From Gekko japonicus (Eukaryota), in NCBI RefSeq assembly GCF_001447785.1, contig NW_015171567.1:29116-90369 (forward strand): a stretch of DNA of 61,254 nucleotides. The letters are read 5' to 3'. This document shows, in pieces, positions 1 through 19,891 of this stretch (position 1 is its first letter; the number at the start of each line of letters is the position of its first letter). The translations under genes were made by a program, and so were the position numbers. Below the pieces are notes generated by a model. That model was not told the DNA's origin. It saw only the letters and a program-made list of their open reading frames with translations, and made no database searches.

Positions 1-810
1 ACGCCTTGGTAAAGCTTTTTTAACATCCACCTTATTGTACTTATAGGTATCAAAGGTTTCAAGTACTAAAAATGTGAAATCTGTGCAACCATGCCCCTGT
101 TCCACAAAATGGGGAACCANNNNNNNNNNNNNNNNNNNNNNNNNNNNNNNNNNNNNNNNNNNNNNNNNNNNNNNNNNNNNNNNNNNNNNNNNNNNNNNNN
201 NNNNNNNNNNNNNNNNNNNNNNNNNNNNNNNNNNNNNNNNNNNNNNNNNNNNNNNNNNNNNNNNNNNNNNNNNNNNNNNNNNNNNNNNNNNNNNNNNNNN
301 NNNNNNNNNNNNNNNNNNNNNNNNNNNNNNNNNNNNNNNNNNNNNNNNNNNNNNNNNNNNNNNNNNNNNNNNNNNNNNNNNNNNNNNNNNNTATTGTGGG
401 TTCACAAACGGTGTTGAGTATCACAATTTAAATATTGTATGATTGCATTGTAATGGATTTTGTTTTGCAGCTAACTTGCTTCTGAGGAAGTTAAGAGATG
501 AAACCAAGCACAAGCCGGCTGCTTTGTCATATCAAGTATAAAAGTGATTGTATTAGCATACATATTTAATGTTTAAGAGTGTATTATTGGACTGATTTTG
601 GCCCCAGTTTTGTTGTTTTTGGAATCTTGATACTGGGAGGGTTGTTATTTGGGTTTGGCTACTTTTGACAAGGACAAAGGCTGGCCACACGCTGAGCAGC
701 TTGGACAGCCCAAATGCTTGTGACAAAGAGTCCCTCACCAAATAGCCCTGCGGCTGGCCGGGGAGAAAAGGAGAGCTGCTCTCCTGGAGGGGGGGGGTTA
801 AGTGGGAGAG

Positions 811-1114
811 GGAGGTGTCTTGTGTGTGTGTGTGGGGGGGAGTGCTGTTATTCCTAAACCATCTGACGTGGGGGGGAAGGGGCACCCACTGATACTAGGT
901 GGGGGAGACCAAAGTGAGTGGCGGAAGAACTTGAGAAGGACCACGGATACCAACAGGGCCGGAGGTGTCTTGTGGTGTGTGTGTGTGTGGGGGGGTGCTG
1001 TTTTTCCTAAACCATCTGACGTGGGGGGGGAGGGGGCACCCACTGATACTAGGTGGGGGAGACCAAAGTGAGTGGCGGAAGAACTTGAGAAGGACCACGG
1101 ATACCAACAGGGCC
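811..1114. repeat. Tandem duplication, ~150-bp unit (811-960, 961-1114)
   Basis: Both units begin GGAGGTGTCTTGTG and end GATACCAACAGGGCC. Confidence 0.85.
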
Positions 1115-1639
1115 AACGGAGCCAGGCGCGGTGAGGCAAGCAGCCCGACGGGAATCGGTTTGTGGCCTGGAAGCCTCCGTGCTTTGCTCTCGTGGCCCTT
1201 TCTTACACACCCAGGGAGGTACTGATCACCCCTTTAGGGTCAATAAGCCATTCTTCTCCAGGCCAGTTTGGCCCCCGGGGATACTGGCGCGTTGCCCTCT
1301 TCTGGGCGTGGAGCAGGGGTCACTGGGTGTGTGTGTGCGCGTGGGGGGGAGTATTGGTGAATTCCCTGCATTGTGCAGGGGGTTGGACTAGATGACCCGG
1401 GAGGTCCCTTCCAGCTCTACATTTCTGTGATTCCAAGTTCTGGGAGCCCCACCAGACCGAGGCAGCGCATACGAGTGCCCGGCCACCAACCCACCCACTG
1501 CGGGAGGGGCCCGGTCAGGACAGGAGCCGAAGCTGCTGCTCTCCCCCCTCCCCAAGAGCTGCCTGGGTGCCTGGGGCTGGCCCCTCAGAACGGCTTCCTG
1601 CCCCAAGGCCTGGCCTTCCTGTGGGCCCCCAGCTCGCCC

Positions 1640-1976
1640 TTCCCGCGGAGGGACCGGGGCTCCCGACCTCAGCGCCCGGCTGGCTTCTCCTCTCTTGGCA
1701 GTGCTGCAGCTCTTCTCAGAGGTGGGGGGGGGGGCTTGAGGGACCCTGAGTACAATGGGGGGGACACAAAGCCACGCTCTCTGGGGTATCCAGGGAGAGA
1801 GGATCCAATCTCTTCTTCTTCTTCCCGTGGAGGGACCGGAGCTCCCAACCTCAGCGCCCAGCTGGCTTCTCCTCTCTTGGCAGTGCTGCAGCTCTTCTCA
1901 GAGGTGGGGGGGGGCTTGAGGGACCCTGAGTACAATGGGGGGGACACAAAGCCACGCTCTCTGGGGTATCCAGGGA
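1640..1976. repeat. Near-tandem direct duplication, ~155 bp (~1640-1796, ~1821-1976)
   Basis: GGAGGGACCGG...CTCTCTGGGGTATCCAGGGAG occurs twice and shows up as a repeated peptide in ORF 1373..2095. Confidence 0.8.
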
Positions 1977-2023
1977 GGGAGGGCCCCCCACCATTGGCAT
2001 GGAATTGCAAATACATAAAACAA

Positions 2024-2313
2024 AAGAAGACGAAGAGAAGATTGGATTTATACCCCATGGCCCTTCACTACCCAAGGGAGTCTCGGAGCGGCTGACAAAC
2101 TCCTTTCCCCTTCCCTCCCCACAACAGACCCCCCTGGGAGGTCGGCGGGGCTGAGAGAGCTCTGGCAGAAACGGCTCTTTTTCAAGGACAGCTCTTGTCA
2201 GAACTATGGCCTGCCCAAGAACATCCAACTGGTGCAAGTGGAGGAGGAGTGGGGAATCAAACCCGGTTCTCCCAGATTAGAGTCCACACAGTTTACCACG
2301 ACACTAAACTAGC
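2024..2313 (-). mobile_element. tRNA-derived squamate SINE (Squam3-like)
   Basis: Reverse complement of the family seen at 53243-53530. Family name is from recall. Confidence 0.75.
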
Positions 2314-2571
2314 TTGACTACACCAAACTAGAATGCCACAGAGTCCCCCCTCCAAAGCAGCCGTGTCCTCCGGGGGAACTGAGCATTGTTGTCTAGAGAT
2401 CAGGTGTCATGCCAGAAGATCCCCAGGCCCTGTCTGGACATTGGTAACCCTAAGGCCACTGCAGGCCAAGACTGGGTTTTCTTCTCTGGACTAGAAACTT
2501 GATATTTTTTAAATAACAAAAGCTGTCCTTTTCTGTGTCTCTCATGTGCTTCTATGTGCCATCTACTTGAG

Positions 2572-2854
2572 AGCCAGTTGGGTGTTGTGGTTAAGTACCT
2601 GGACTCTAATCTGAGAGAACCGGGTTTGATTCCCCACTCCTCCACATGCAGCTGCTGGATGACCTTGGGTCAGTCACAAGTTCTCTCAGAGCTGTTCTCT
2701 CAAGGGCAGTCCTCGAAAGAGCTCTCTCATTCCCTCCTGCCTCACAGGGTGTCTTTCGTGGGGAGGGGAAGGGAAAGGAGGTTGTAAGCTGCTTGGAGAC
2801 TCCTTCAGGCAGTGAAGGGCGGGGTATAAATCCATTTTCATCTCTTTTTCTTCT
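2572..2854 (+). mobile_element. tRNA-derived squamate SINE (Squam3-like)
   Basis: Pol III A box (GGTGTTGTGG), B box (GGTTTGATTCC), body and TCT-rich tail shared with many copies in this window. Confidence 0.8.
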
Positions 2855-3083
2855 ACTTGCCTTCCCCGACAAATATTTTATGGCTCATATAAGTAACATC
2901 GCACATGCCTGGTCTCATTGCCACATGTTGTTTTTTTTAGGGTGGGGGTGATTCTGTAGGAACAAAGCTCCAGTTAACGTTTTTAGATTTTGTACATTAA
3001 AATGCTTTCTATAAACACTGTGTCAGTCCTGTTCTTGTAACCCTGACCAACTGCTGGATGGTCCCTCTCTCCAGTTTGGTGTA

Positions 3084-3368
3084 GAAGAGAGAAGAGGAGG
3101 TTGGAGTTATACCCCATGGCCCTTCACTATCCAAAGGAGTCTCAGAGTGGCTGACAAACTCCCTTCCCTTCCCCTCCCCACAACAGACACCCTGGGAGGT
3201 GGGTGGGGCTGAGAGAGTTCTGACAGAAACGGCTCTTTTTCAAGGACACCTCTTATCAGAACTATGGCTTGCCCAGGGTCATCCAGCCAGGTGCAAGTGG
3301 AGGAGAAGTGGGGAATCAAACCCGGTTCTTCCAGATTAGAGTCCGCCCACTTAACCACTCCACCAAGA
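3084..3368 (-). mobile_element. tRNA-derived squamate SINE (Squam3-like)
   Basis: Same family, reverse orientation. Confidence 0.75.
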
Positions 3369-4152
3369 AACCAGCATATCATTGTGCCTTTTTACTACTT
3401 TTCCTTCAAGACTGGGAATTGACTGGACCTGAAGAAGTGTGCAAACAAGTCTCACCCGTTGCTTCACTCTGTGGGTATAGACCGGATTTGTGGTCAGGGC
3501 TGCAGCAGGCCCCCCCCCCCATCGGCTTCCACATGGCAGGGCCCCGTGGCATTTGCGGGGTTACTAAGCGACTGGTGGGAATGAGAGGATGGCTTCTGCC
3601 CTGGCACCCCCCAGAACGGGCAAAGTAGTGCTCTGTGAGCACGGGAGTACAAGTGAGTGTGCATATCCATGCAAAGCAGCCCGTGTCTGAGTGCTGAGGG
3701 CGTCTTATCGCTGTGCGGTCTGCCAAGGAATGCCCGAGTCAGAGAATGTTCTGGCAAAGATGCTCAGCTGGCCCCTGAACTTGGTGGCCTGGCTGGGTCT
3801 AAGCGCCCCCCTCCCCCATCGGCCTGCAGCTGGACTTCCTCGCCTTCGGGGCCGGGCCGATTCGCTGGCTGGCAAGCGTGCTGCTGCGGCTGAGTCACAT
3901 GTCTTGGATCACCGTCAACGCTGGAGTTGCCTCATCCCTTGAACTCGGCCAGAAATAGAAGGCCCCAGGCTGAGCTCCCTGCAAGATCAGGCTGGACAGG
4001 CCTCAGCCAGCCAGTCTGGTGGGGCGGGGGTCAGTTTGGGGCCCCAAGGGTGTCCCTGCGAAGGCTGGGGCTTTAAAAGATGCCCTGTGGCGTGAGCGTG
4101 TGTGCCCAGAGTTGTCGCTGCCCCCAACTGCAAATCCCATCCTCGTCGCCAG

Positions 4153-4450
4153 TGAAAAGTATGCAGATGGAGAGTGATTTCAGCTAAGCATACCTTTATC
4201 AGTCAGGAACAAGACACCTTGGCCGGCCGGTTTATATTCCTTCGGAAACCCACGACCAAAACACACCCCCACTCCCCGATAGGCTATTTACAGTAACCGA
4301 GAGACCTATTGGCCTCACGGTTTGGGACCTAGCCATCTGATAGGGCCGGCTAGGATCCTTCTGGCCCATTGTCTTTAGATACGAAGCTTGAGGTTTTGTC
4401 CCTGGGCAAGTCCGGACATGCCCGGCCTTGTAAGGGCTGGATACACTACA
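4153..4450 (-). mobile_element. Solo-LTR-like element related to 7691-7967
   Basis: TG...CA ends. TGAAAAGTATGC...GTGATTTCAGCTAA is the reverse complement of the 3' end of the 7691-7967 LTR. No TSD found. Confidence 0.5.
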
Positions 4451-4866
4451 CTTACAGTCGAGAAGTTTCTCCTGATATTTAGCCGGTAACGACTCCCTTG
4501 TAATTCCCACCCATTAGATCTAGTCTTGCCATCCGGAGCAAGAGAGAAAAGATCTGCTCCATCTTCTACATGACAGCCCTTCAGATACTTGGAGACTGCA
4601 CTCATGTCCCCTCTAAGCCTTCTCTTTCCCAGGCGAAACAGACCCAACTCTTTCAGCCTTTCCTCATAAGACTTGGATTCCAACCCTCTCACCATCCTGG
4701 TTGCCCTCTTCTGGACACGCTCGAGCTTGTCAACACCCTTCCTAAAATGTGGTGCCCAAAACTGGACACGGGACTCCAGGTGAGGCCTGACCATAGCAGA
4801 ACGGAGCGGAACGACCACCTCCCGTGCTCCGGACACAATGCTTCTGTTCATGCATCCTAAGACTGC
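4451..4866 (-). mobile_element. CR1 LINE ORF2 3' fragment
   Basis: Translation VVVPLRSAMVRPHLESRVQFWAPHFRKGVDKLERVQKRATRMVRGLE is typical of the CR1 ORF2 C-terminus. Confidence 0.9.
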
Positions 4867-5299
4867 ATTAAGATGAATAACTTTGAATAACCTTGGATAG
4901 GATAGGGAAGATGTTAAGCAAAGAGGCTGAAACTATTTACAAGCAGTAACAGAAAGTGCCCTCAAGTTGCAGTCGGCTTATGGTGACCCCTCATGGGGTT
5001 TTCAAAGCAAGAGATGTTCGGAGGTGTGGTTTGCCACTGCCTGCCTCTGTGCAGGGACCCTGGGCTTCCTGGGTGGTCCCCCATCCCAAGACAAGTTAGG
5101 GTCTGACCCTCTTTAGCTTCCGAGATCTGACAAGGTGGGTCTAGCTTGGGCCGCCCAGGTCAATCCCTGGCTCTTCCACGACCCTAGGAACCCGCATGGT
5201 GGAAGTGTGAGCTGCCTCGGGAAATTCCAGATCTTTGCCTGCTTTCCCTGGAAGCCCGGCTCCGAAACCTGCAACGTCTCCTGAGAAAGGAGTTCAGTT

Positions 5300-6110
5300 A
5301 TTTATTTTACAAAATGTATGCCCCACCTTTCTGATCCAATAATAAAATCACATTTAAAAACCATAAAAACTAACAAAAAAGAACAGAACACATTAAAACA
5401 ACAAAAAACAAAAGTAAATAAAAGACATAAAAACAACAATTAAAACACTGGGCAGGAAGGAGATGTCCTGGAGGAAACACAGAACGATACAAAAAAGTCC
5501 TCACCCACTGGCGGAAGATGGAAACAGAAGGGGGCAGAAGGATCTCCCTGGGGAGAGCGATCCAGAGTTCGGGTGCCACGACCAATAAGGCCCTTTCCTG
5601 GCTCGCCCCCCGCCTAATCTCAGAAGGGGGGGGCTTCCAAAGCAGGGCCTCAGAAGAGGGCCCTTGCACTTGGCCAGATCTGTAAGGGAGCAGGTGATCC
5701 TTTGGGTCTGTTGGTCCCAAACCATAGAGGGCTTTCAAGGTCAGCACCAACACCTTGAATTGTGCCTGGAAACAAACTGGATGCCAGTACAGAAAGGCCA
5801 AGGCTGGAATGACGCGGTTCCTACGGCCTACTGGAAGGTTGGCAAATCAACCTTGTGACCTTTGTATGACAATTCAGGGGCAGAGACAAACCATTTGTTT
5901 ACCAGGATGGGACCGTTGCCCCTCTGCTTCCCCACACTCTCTCCGCTGGTGCTGTGATTCACACACTTCACGAAGCCCTCCGTCCCGCAGTAAAATCACC
6001 CCCTCCTGGGCCATCTGCGAGTCACAGTACAGAAAGGCCAAGGCTGGAATGACACGGTTCCTACGGCCTACTCCAGTCCACATCCTGGCAGGAGCAGCCT
6101 TCAGCAACTG
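5300..6110 (-). mobile_element. L2-clade LINE 3' fragment, interrupted at 5833-6024
   Basis: LYWHPVCFQAQFKVLVLTLKALYGLGP matches the L2 ORF2 C-terminal LHWLP...FKVL...KAL.GLGP motif. Confidence 0.75.
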
Positions 6111-7690
6111 AAGTCCCTCCACGCCCTTTGACCTCAGCCTCTGGAGGCTCCGATGTGCTTATCTGACGGGTGGTTTTGCTGCTTCCCTTCTCCCATCCGG
6201 GTCCTTCAGCCCTCTGTGGGCCCTGATTGGCTGTTAGCTGCACACGCACCACGCAGAGATGAATCAATCGTACTGGAGACTGACCGAAAGGGCTAGGGCT
6301 TTTGCCCACCCAGACTGACCGAGTACCACAAGAAAGACTTTGATGCTCTCCCGTATGCATCACCGGATGAAGTATTGTCAGTCCACTCAGCTTCTGAAGG
6401 AGGGAGGGAAATGACCCAGGAGGGGATTCTGGAAGAATTTGTTTTATTGCTCCTTCTTTTACTTGAACAACCCCTTGGCCCGGATTCTATAGCCAGTGAA
6501 CCCCCAAGCTAGCTCAGCTGTGGCAATGAAGAAATCCACTGGAGGTTGCCGTGACATATGGCCGAACCAAACCAAGCAGGGAAGAGTTAATGGCATCACC
6601 GATTAAGAGCTTCAGGCAGTTGGTAAAGAAATGCCCCCTGCCCTAGAATTCACCCCAATAATTCAACCACTGAGACTGCACTCTGTTCATGGGCCGGGAC
6701 CTGGCTGCCACTTTGTAGATGTCCCAAAAGGAAAGGTGCCGAAGGGATGAGTTAAGCACAGAACAGTCCAGCACTTAGGAATGCAGATGGCTCTCTGGCC
6801 AAAGGAAGACAAAAGGTTTACCATCTCCCGCCTCTGCTAGAATGCCGTATTTAAAGGGACAGAGAAAGCCCAAAGACCAGCAAGTTTTTGCTCCCTCTTG
6901 GGGCAGGAAGATCGGGACTGACCCCAGAGAGGGATGGGACCTGAAAGGGAAGATCACAAATTCTTAGGATGGGGAAAGAAAGCTGCTTCTTTTTCTTCAC
7001 CATCCTCAGATGGGTCCAAGCCATCAAGGACTCAGCCTTTACCTGGGGACTCCATCTTGTCCATGTGTTGAGGGACGATGGGAGAAGTCCCTGACAAGAA
7101 ACTGGACCTTTCCTTCAATGCCTTGTTCTTTCATTCAACACTAGGCCTGCTATTGATCTCTAGACCTGCAAATGGGTTGAAGAGACCAAATGGAAAATAA
7201 CTGGCTGTCGGATGCTGGAAGGTTGGCAAATCGACCTTGTGACCTTTGTATGACAATTCAGGGGCAGAGACAAACCATTTGTTTACCAGGACGGGACTGG
7301 GGCACCGTTGCCCCTCTGCTTCCCCACTCTCTCTCCGCTGGTGCTGTGATGCACACACTTCACGAAGGGATGGGTTAGACTGCAGGTGGCCCTCCGTCCC
7401 GCAGTAAAATCACCGCCTCCTGGGCCATCTGCGAGTGACAGGCTCCGGTCACCATAACTCCAATGGCCTGATTTTTGACTGGGCTACAGGGCCCCAGCCC
7501 ACTCCGATCTTTGTTCGTAGCTAGCCTCAGCTATCAGGTGGTGCAATGAGCTAACCTCGGAATGGACCAGGCTCTTGCTGGAGGGAGACCTGGGGGTGCA
7601 CCAGTCTCTCTCCCCCCCCCCCCCTGCGGGCATGGGCTTCAGCCAGAAATNNNNNNNNNNNNNNNNNNNNNNNNNNAGGAATGGTCAGAC

Positions 7691-7967
7691 TGTTGTGTCC
7701 TGACCCGGCCACGGGCACGATCCAGTTTAAGCCGGTCCAGCATGCGGTCAGGCAAAGTAGCTGAGCTTCGCTGCAGAACACAATAGCTGTGAGGATCCTA
7801 GTTCCCTGCCAATCGGGAACCTAGGGTCCCTAGGAATAATCTAATCGGGTGTTGGATGTGTGTTTCCTTGGGGCATATAAGCTGGCCTGCGAGCTGGCTA
7901 CTTTGTCTTATTCTTGCTGAATAAAAGTACGTTAGCTGAAATCACTCATCCGTCCGCATACTTTTCA
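7691..7967 (+). mobile_element. Solo LTR (277 bp)
   Basis: TG...CA termini, perfect 5-bp TSD CAGAC, internal CATATAAG TATA-like box and AATAAA. Confidence 0.75.
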
Positions 7968-9770
7968 CAGACCCTGTCCTCTTTGCCCAGAGAGGCAGCA
8001 CACCCTCTCCGCCCTCAGTGAGGAGGCAAGAGGCTGAAGAAGGCCGAGAGCAGCTCCTGGTGATCTCCCTTGCCAGCGGCTGTGTACTGCAGCTGGCTGG
8101 CAGCAGCTCTTTGGGCTCTCTCTCAGGCAGAGAAAGGCCAAAACCTTTGGCCTGCAGATGCTGCCAGGGATTGAAGCAAGGGCCCTCTGCAAGCCGCACA
8201 GGCGCTCTGCCACTGAGCCAAACGGAGCAGGGCCACCCCTCCCCCCAACAGCCCGAAGCCCCTTTGAACAACCTGTGGTCAGCATGGGCGTGATGCAGTG
8301 GGGTCAGGAGTCAGATCCCCAGTTCGCCTCCTCCTCCTGGGGGGGGGGTTTGCCTAAAAACACCCCTGCGTGCGTGTGCATGTGACAAAAGAAATCCTGC
8401 ACAAAATCCTGGCTCACAGCCTGTGGCCAGCCAAGCACATGCATGTTCTGCCATGCCCAGAGTGGCCAAAGGCCACGCCATCCCAGGTGGCTCTTCCAGG
8501 GTATGTGGTGAAGTGCAAAAAAATGACTCCCATGCACAACAGCTCATGTGGCAGCAGGGAGACACACCGCTCCCCCCCCCCCCAGACCTCCCTGCCCCCC
8601 GGTGGGAGGACGCTGGGCTCCTGGCCTGGGTGCTGGCCCAGATGGGTCCCAAAGTCCGCTGTGTTTGGGGCCAATAACAGGCTGCGTTGGGCTCCGACAC
8701 ACGGCAGCAGTGGTGGTTGGCTGGCTGGGGAGGGGGCAGGGGTGTGCTGTGCTGAGCCAACAGTTTCCACAATGGTCACGAGGAGGCCGCTGCGGATCCT
8801 GCTGACCACACCATTTCTGCCCCTCTCCATGGAGCCAGCGGCCCACCACTGGGAGCCTGTCCGCCACTGGAGACACGCGGTGTGGAGGATGAAGCCCCCT
8901 GGGGACACAGAGGTTGCGCATCTGCCTGGCACGCAGGCTGGGCAGCAGCCATGTCGGCCTGATGGGAGTCCGAGTCCAGGGGCACCTTGAAAACCAACAA
9001 AGCTTTATTCAGGGCATGAGCTTTCACAGACGCTCATACCTTGAATAAGACTTTGTTGGCCTTGAATAAGACTTTGTTGACACGCAGACAGTCCTGGGTC
9101 CAGTTCTTGGCATCTCCTATTTAAAAGTTTCACGGAATAGGAGACGTGGAAGATCTGAGACCCCGGAGAGCCACGACCAGTCTGTGTAGACGACACCATA
9201 CTGAACCTGCTGCACCGAGGGCTTGATTCGGCAGAAGGCCATTTCATAGCGGAGTATGCGTGAGGGCACAGAGGGGGGGGAGGCCAGGGAGTGAAGCAGC
9301 CCAGCCCCACAGCCTGCCCTTGGGGAGAGCCGGGTGCAGTCACACAGCCCGGCCTGGTCAGCTTGCCATGCCAGAAGGCCCAGGTTCAAATGCTGCTGCC
9401 AGCCCCGGCTAAAGGATGGGAGGGGAGAGGATGTGAAGGGCCGCACCCCCACCCCCCCCAAGAGCAGCTGTAGTCCAAGCAGACAAGTGTGAACTTGGCA
9501 GTCCTGGAAGGAGGCGGCATCGTATCCAGGCCACCCCCTCTTACCCAGGTGACCCGGGAAGGCAGGCAGCAGAGTCTCTGCCTCCTAACCAGGACGGGGG
9601 AGATTTCATTTTTTATTCCTCTCGCTGTATTTATGCCTCCCCAGTGGGGGCCCATTCCCCTCTCCCCCACTTTATCCTCCGTATAGCCCTGCCAGTAGGT
9701 CGGTCAGGCCCAAGGCCGCTCAGCAAGTTTCCATGGCAGAGCGGAGATTTGAACCTGGGTCTCTCGCAGC

Positions 9771-10131
9771 CCAAGACGCAGGGAACGCTGTTACCTTCCC
9801 ACCGAAGTGGTACCTATTTATCTACTTGCAATGTCTTGCTTTCGAACTGCTAGGTTGGCAGGAGCTGGGACCAGAGATGGGAGCTCACTCCATCATGCGG
9901 CACCCGGGTCTCGAACTGCTGAACTACTGACCTTCCACAGCCTGCAGTTCAGCGTCTTAACCCCTTGAGCCACCGCAGCTCCTTTTACGGCATGTTTAGT
10001 CATGCCGGCCACATGACCACGGAAACGTCTTCGGACAGCGCTGGCTCTTCGGCTTGGAAACAGAGATGAGCACTGCAACCCTAGAGTCGGATTCGACTGG
10101 CTTTCGAGCAAGGGAACCTTTACCTTTACCT
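9771..10131 (+). mobile_element. Sauria SINE with inverted 5' half
   Basis: 3' half with (ACCTTT)n tail on + strand at 9993-10131. tRNA-like head and 5' half on - strand at 9771-9982. Confidence 0.75.
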
Positions 10132-10149
10132 CTGGCAGCCCAGTCGGAC

Positions 10150-17323
<7,174 letters not shown>

Positions 17324-19046
17324 GCACCCCCCCTCCGGCGCCCTCCCCACCAGGAAGGAAAAGGGGAGGCAGGGCTGCTGACCTCGCTCGTGCCTCTTTG
17401 GGGGCGGGGGGCTGGCGCCGGGGTGGTTTTGCCCCGGGGGCCTCGGGGTTCTTCTGCCCGCCCCCCACCGATTGGGCAGGGGTGTCCTCCTCCTTGCAGC
17501 ATTGTTTACCCTCCCACCTGCCTTCCTTTCGGCTCTGTGCCTCTTGCCGTGGCCGCCATGCCTTCTTCACTTGGTGTTTACTACGCCCCTGTTGTACCTG
17601 GTGCCGGGGGACTTCCGGGGCAGGGCAGACTTGGGGGCCTGCACCCAGCCCTGCTGCTGGTTGCTACCTCTGACCTTAGCAGTATTTGGGTGGGTGGGNN
17701 NNNNNNNNNNNNNNNNNNNNNNNNNNNNNNNNNNNNNNNNNNNNNNNNNNNNNNNNNNNNNNNNNNNNNNNNNNNNNNNNNNNNNNNNNNNNNNNNNNNN
17801 NNNNNNNNNNNNNNNNNNNNNNNNNNNNNNNNNNNNNNNNNNNNNNNNNNNNNNNNNNNNNNNNNNNNNNNNNNNNNNNNTGAGGTGCATGCAAAGAGAA
17901 GGAGCCGTGTGTGGGCCCTGTAAGTGGGGAGGGGAGTAGGATTTCCGTGAAGGTCTCTCGTTTGAAATGGCTGCCTCAGGCGCCGCCTTCTGGTGGAGGA
18001 GCAGCAGCTGCTGCCGCTGCTTCTGCCGCCGCCGTGCTGGCTAGGCCCCTCTTCTGGGCCGTGTGGTGCCTTTTGGACACACAATGCAAGCCTCTTCCCC
18101 GAGAGGGGCCTCTCAGCAGCAGTGGGGGGGGGGGAGGTGGCCTCCCTTCCTTCCGCCCTCCCTGGATGCGCCTTGGGAGGAGAAGGGAAGCCGCGTCCCA
18201 TGATCCTCCTTCTCCTCGGGGAGGGGCCTTGCCCTCTTCCCTTCCTTCCCACCCCAGGAATTCTGCACAAGCATTTTTACACTTTTTCTAGGCGTCCCGT
18301 TTTTCCNNNNNNNNNNNNNNNNNNNNNNNNNNNNNNNNNNNNNNNNNNNNNNNNNNNNNNNNNNNNNNNNNNNNNNNNNNNNNNNNNNNNNNNNNNNNNN
18401 NNNNNNNNNNNNNNNNNNNNNNNNNNNNNNNNNNNNNNNNNNNNNNNNNNNNNNNNNNNNNNNNNNNNNNNNNNNNNNNNNNNNNNNNNNNNNNNNNNNN
18501 NNNNNNNNNNNNNNNNNNNNNNNNNNNNNNNNNNNNNNNNNNNNNNNNNNNNNNNNNNNNNNNNNNNNNNNNNNNNNNNNNNNNNNNNNNNNNNNNNNNN
18601 NNNNNNNNNNNNNNNNNNNNNNNNNNNNNNNNNNNNNNNNNNNNNNNNNNNNNNNNNNNNNNNNNNNNNNNNNNNNNNNNNNNNNNNNNNNNNNNNNNNN
18701 NNNNNNNNNNNNNNNNNNNNNNNNNNNNNNNNNNNNNNNNNNNNNNNNNNNNNNNNNNNNNNNNNNNNNNNNNNNNNNNNNNNNNNNNNNNNNNNNNNNN
18801 NNNNNNNNNNNNNNNNNNNNNNNNNNNNNNNNNNNNNNNNNNNNNNNNNNNNNNNNNNNNNNNNNNNNNNNNNNNNNNNNNNNNNNNNNNNNNNNNNNNN
18901 NNNNNNNNNNNNNNNNNNNNNNNNNNNNNNNNNNNNNNNNNNNNNNNNNNNNNNNNNNNNNNNNNNNNNNNNNNNNNNNNNNNNNNNNNNNNNNNNNNNN
19001 NNNNNNNNNNNCACTTGGCGGGTGTGAGAGTGAGCACTAGGGGGAC

Positions 19047-19253
19047 CAGTGTTCCCTCCAAGCTGAGTGAGTGTGAGCTGGCTCACAGCTTTTTAGCCTC
19101 CAGCTCACACATTTCTGTCTTAGCTCAGGAAGGATGGCTCCAGAACAAGCTAATTGATGCAGCAGCCAAACCACTCGCTCACAACTTTAATGCCAGTAGC
19201 TCACAAAGCAGAATGTTTTGCTCACAAGACTCCACGGCTTAGAGGGAGCGTTG
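19047..19253. mobile_element. hAT-type MITE
   Basis: Imperfect TIRs CAGTGTTCCCTCCAAGC / GCTTAGAGGGAGCGTTG and near-perfect 8-bp TSD (AGGGGGAC/ATGGGGAC). A second copy lies inverted at ~36079-36271. Confidence 0.7.
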
Positions 19254-19637
19254 ATGGGGACACACTGCTTGGATGAGGGCGCGGAAATCTGCCTGGGCAG
19301 AAATCAGTAAAAGTGCCGCGGGAGTGGCCTCTACTGCCCAGGCCCCTGGCAGCGTGGCACATGAGGAGCTTCCATGGGAATCCAGCGATGAACCTGATGC
19401 CGCCAGAGAAGAGAGACAGCCGGCAGCCTCTGTGTCTGGTGCAGACCCCCCCCCCAGCACGGCCGCTGCTCCCCAGAGTCCCAACTGGCACCCATTCTCC
19501 CCCACCCCCTGCAAGAAGGGTCAGCCCCTCCAGTGTACCGTGCCACTGGCCCAGTAGGGAGGAGGGCCTTGGCCCTGCTCTGCCAGGGAACATGAAGGAG
19601 CCCCGCGTGGCACGGAAGGATGATGATGGCAGCTGTG

Positions 19638-19891
19638 GGCCAGTTTGGTGTGTCGTGGTTCAGTGCGCGGACTCTAATCTGGGAGACCGGGGTTTGATTC
19701 CCCACTCCTCCTCCTCCACTTGCACCTGGCTGGATGACCTTGGGCAAGCCATAGTTCTCTCAGAGCTGTTCCCTCAAGGNNNNNNNNNNNGAGCTCTCTC
19801 AGCCCCGCCTACCTCCCAGGGTGTCTGCCGTGCGGGGGGGAGCTTGTCAGCCACTCTGAGACTCCGAGTGAAGGGCACGGGGTTTAAATCC
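19638..19891 (+). mobile_element. Squam3-like SINE
   Basis: A/B boxes and family body. Confidence 0.7.

Noticed and set aside
59-442. ORFs dominated by X (also 18000-19080, 30100-31250, 34820-36170, 54020-55150)
   Set aside because: They are open only because they cross N gaps.
719-1207. Possible solo LTR (TGTGACA...TTACA)
   Set aside because: No TSD and no clear poly(A) signal, so boundaries cannot be supported.
1373-2095. 240-aa ORF with an internal repeat
   Set aside because: Explained by a local duplication plus CR1/SINE pieces. No recognisable domain.
8370-9343. Overlapping ORFs, considered as PEBP4 (the human RHOBTB2 neighbour) or cystatin-like exons
   Set aside because: No DPDAP or QxVxG motif and no convincing splice sites.
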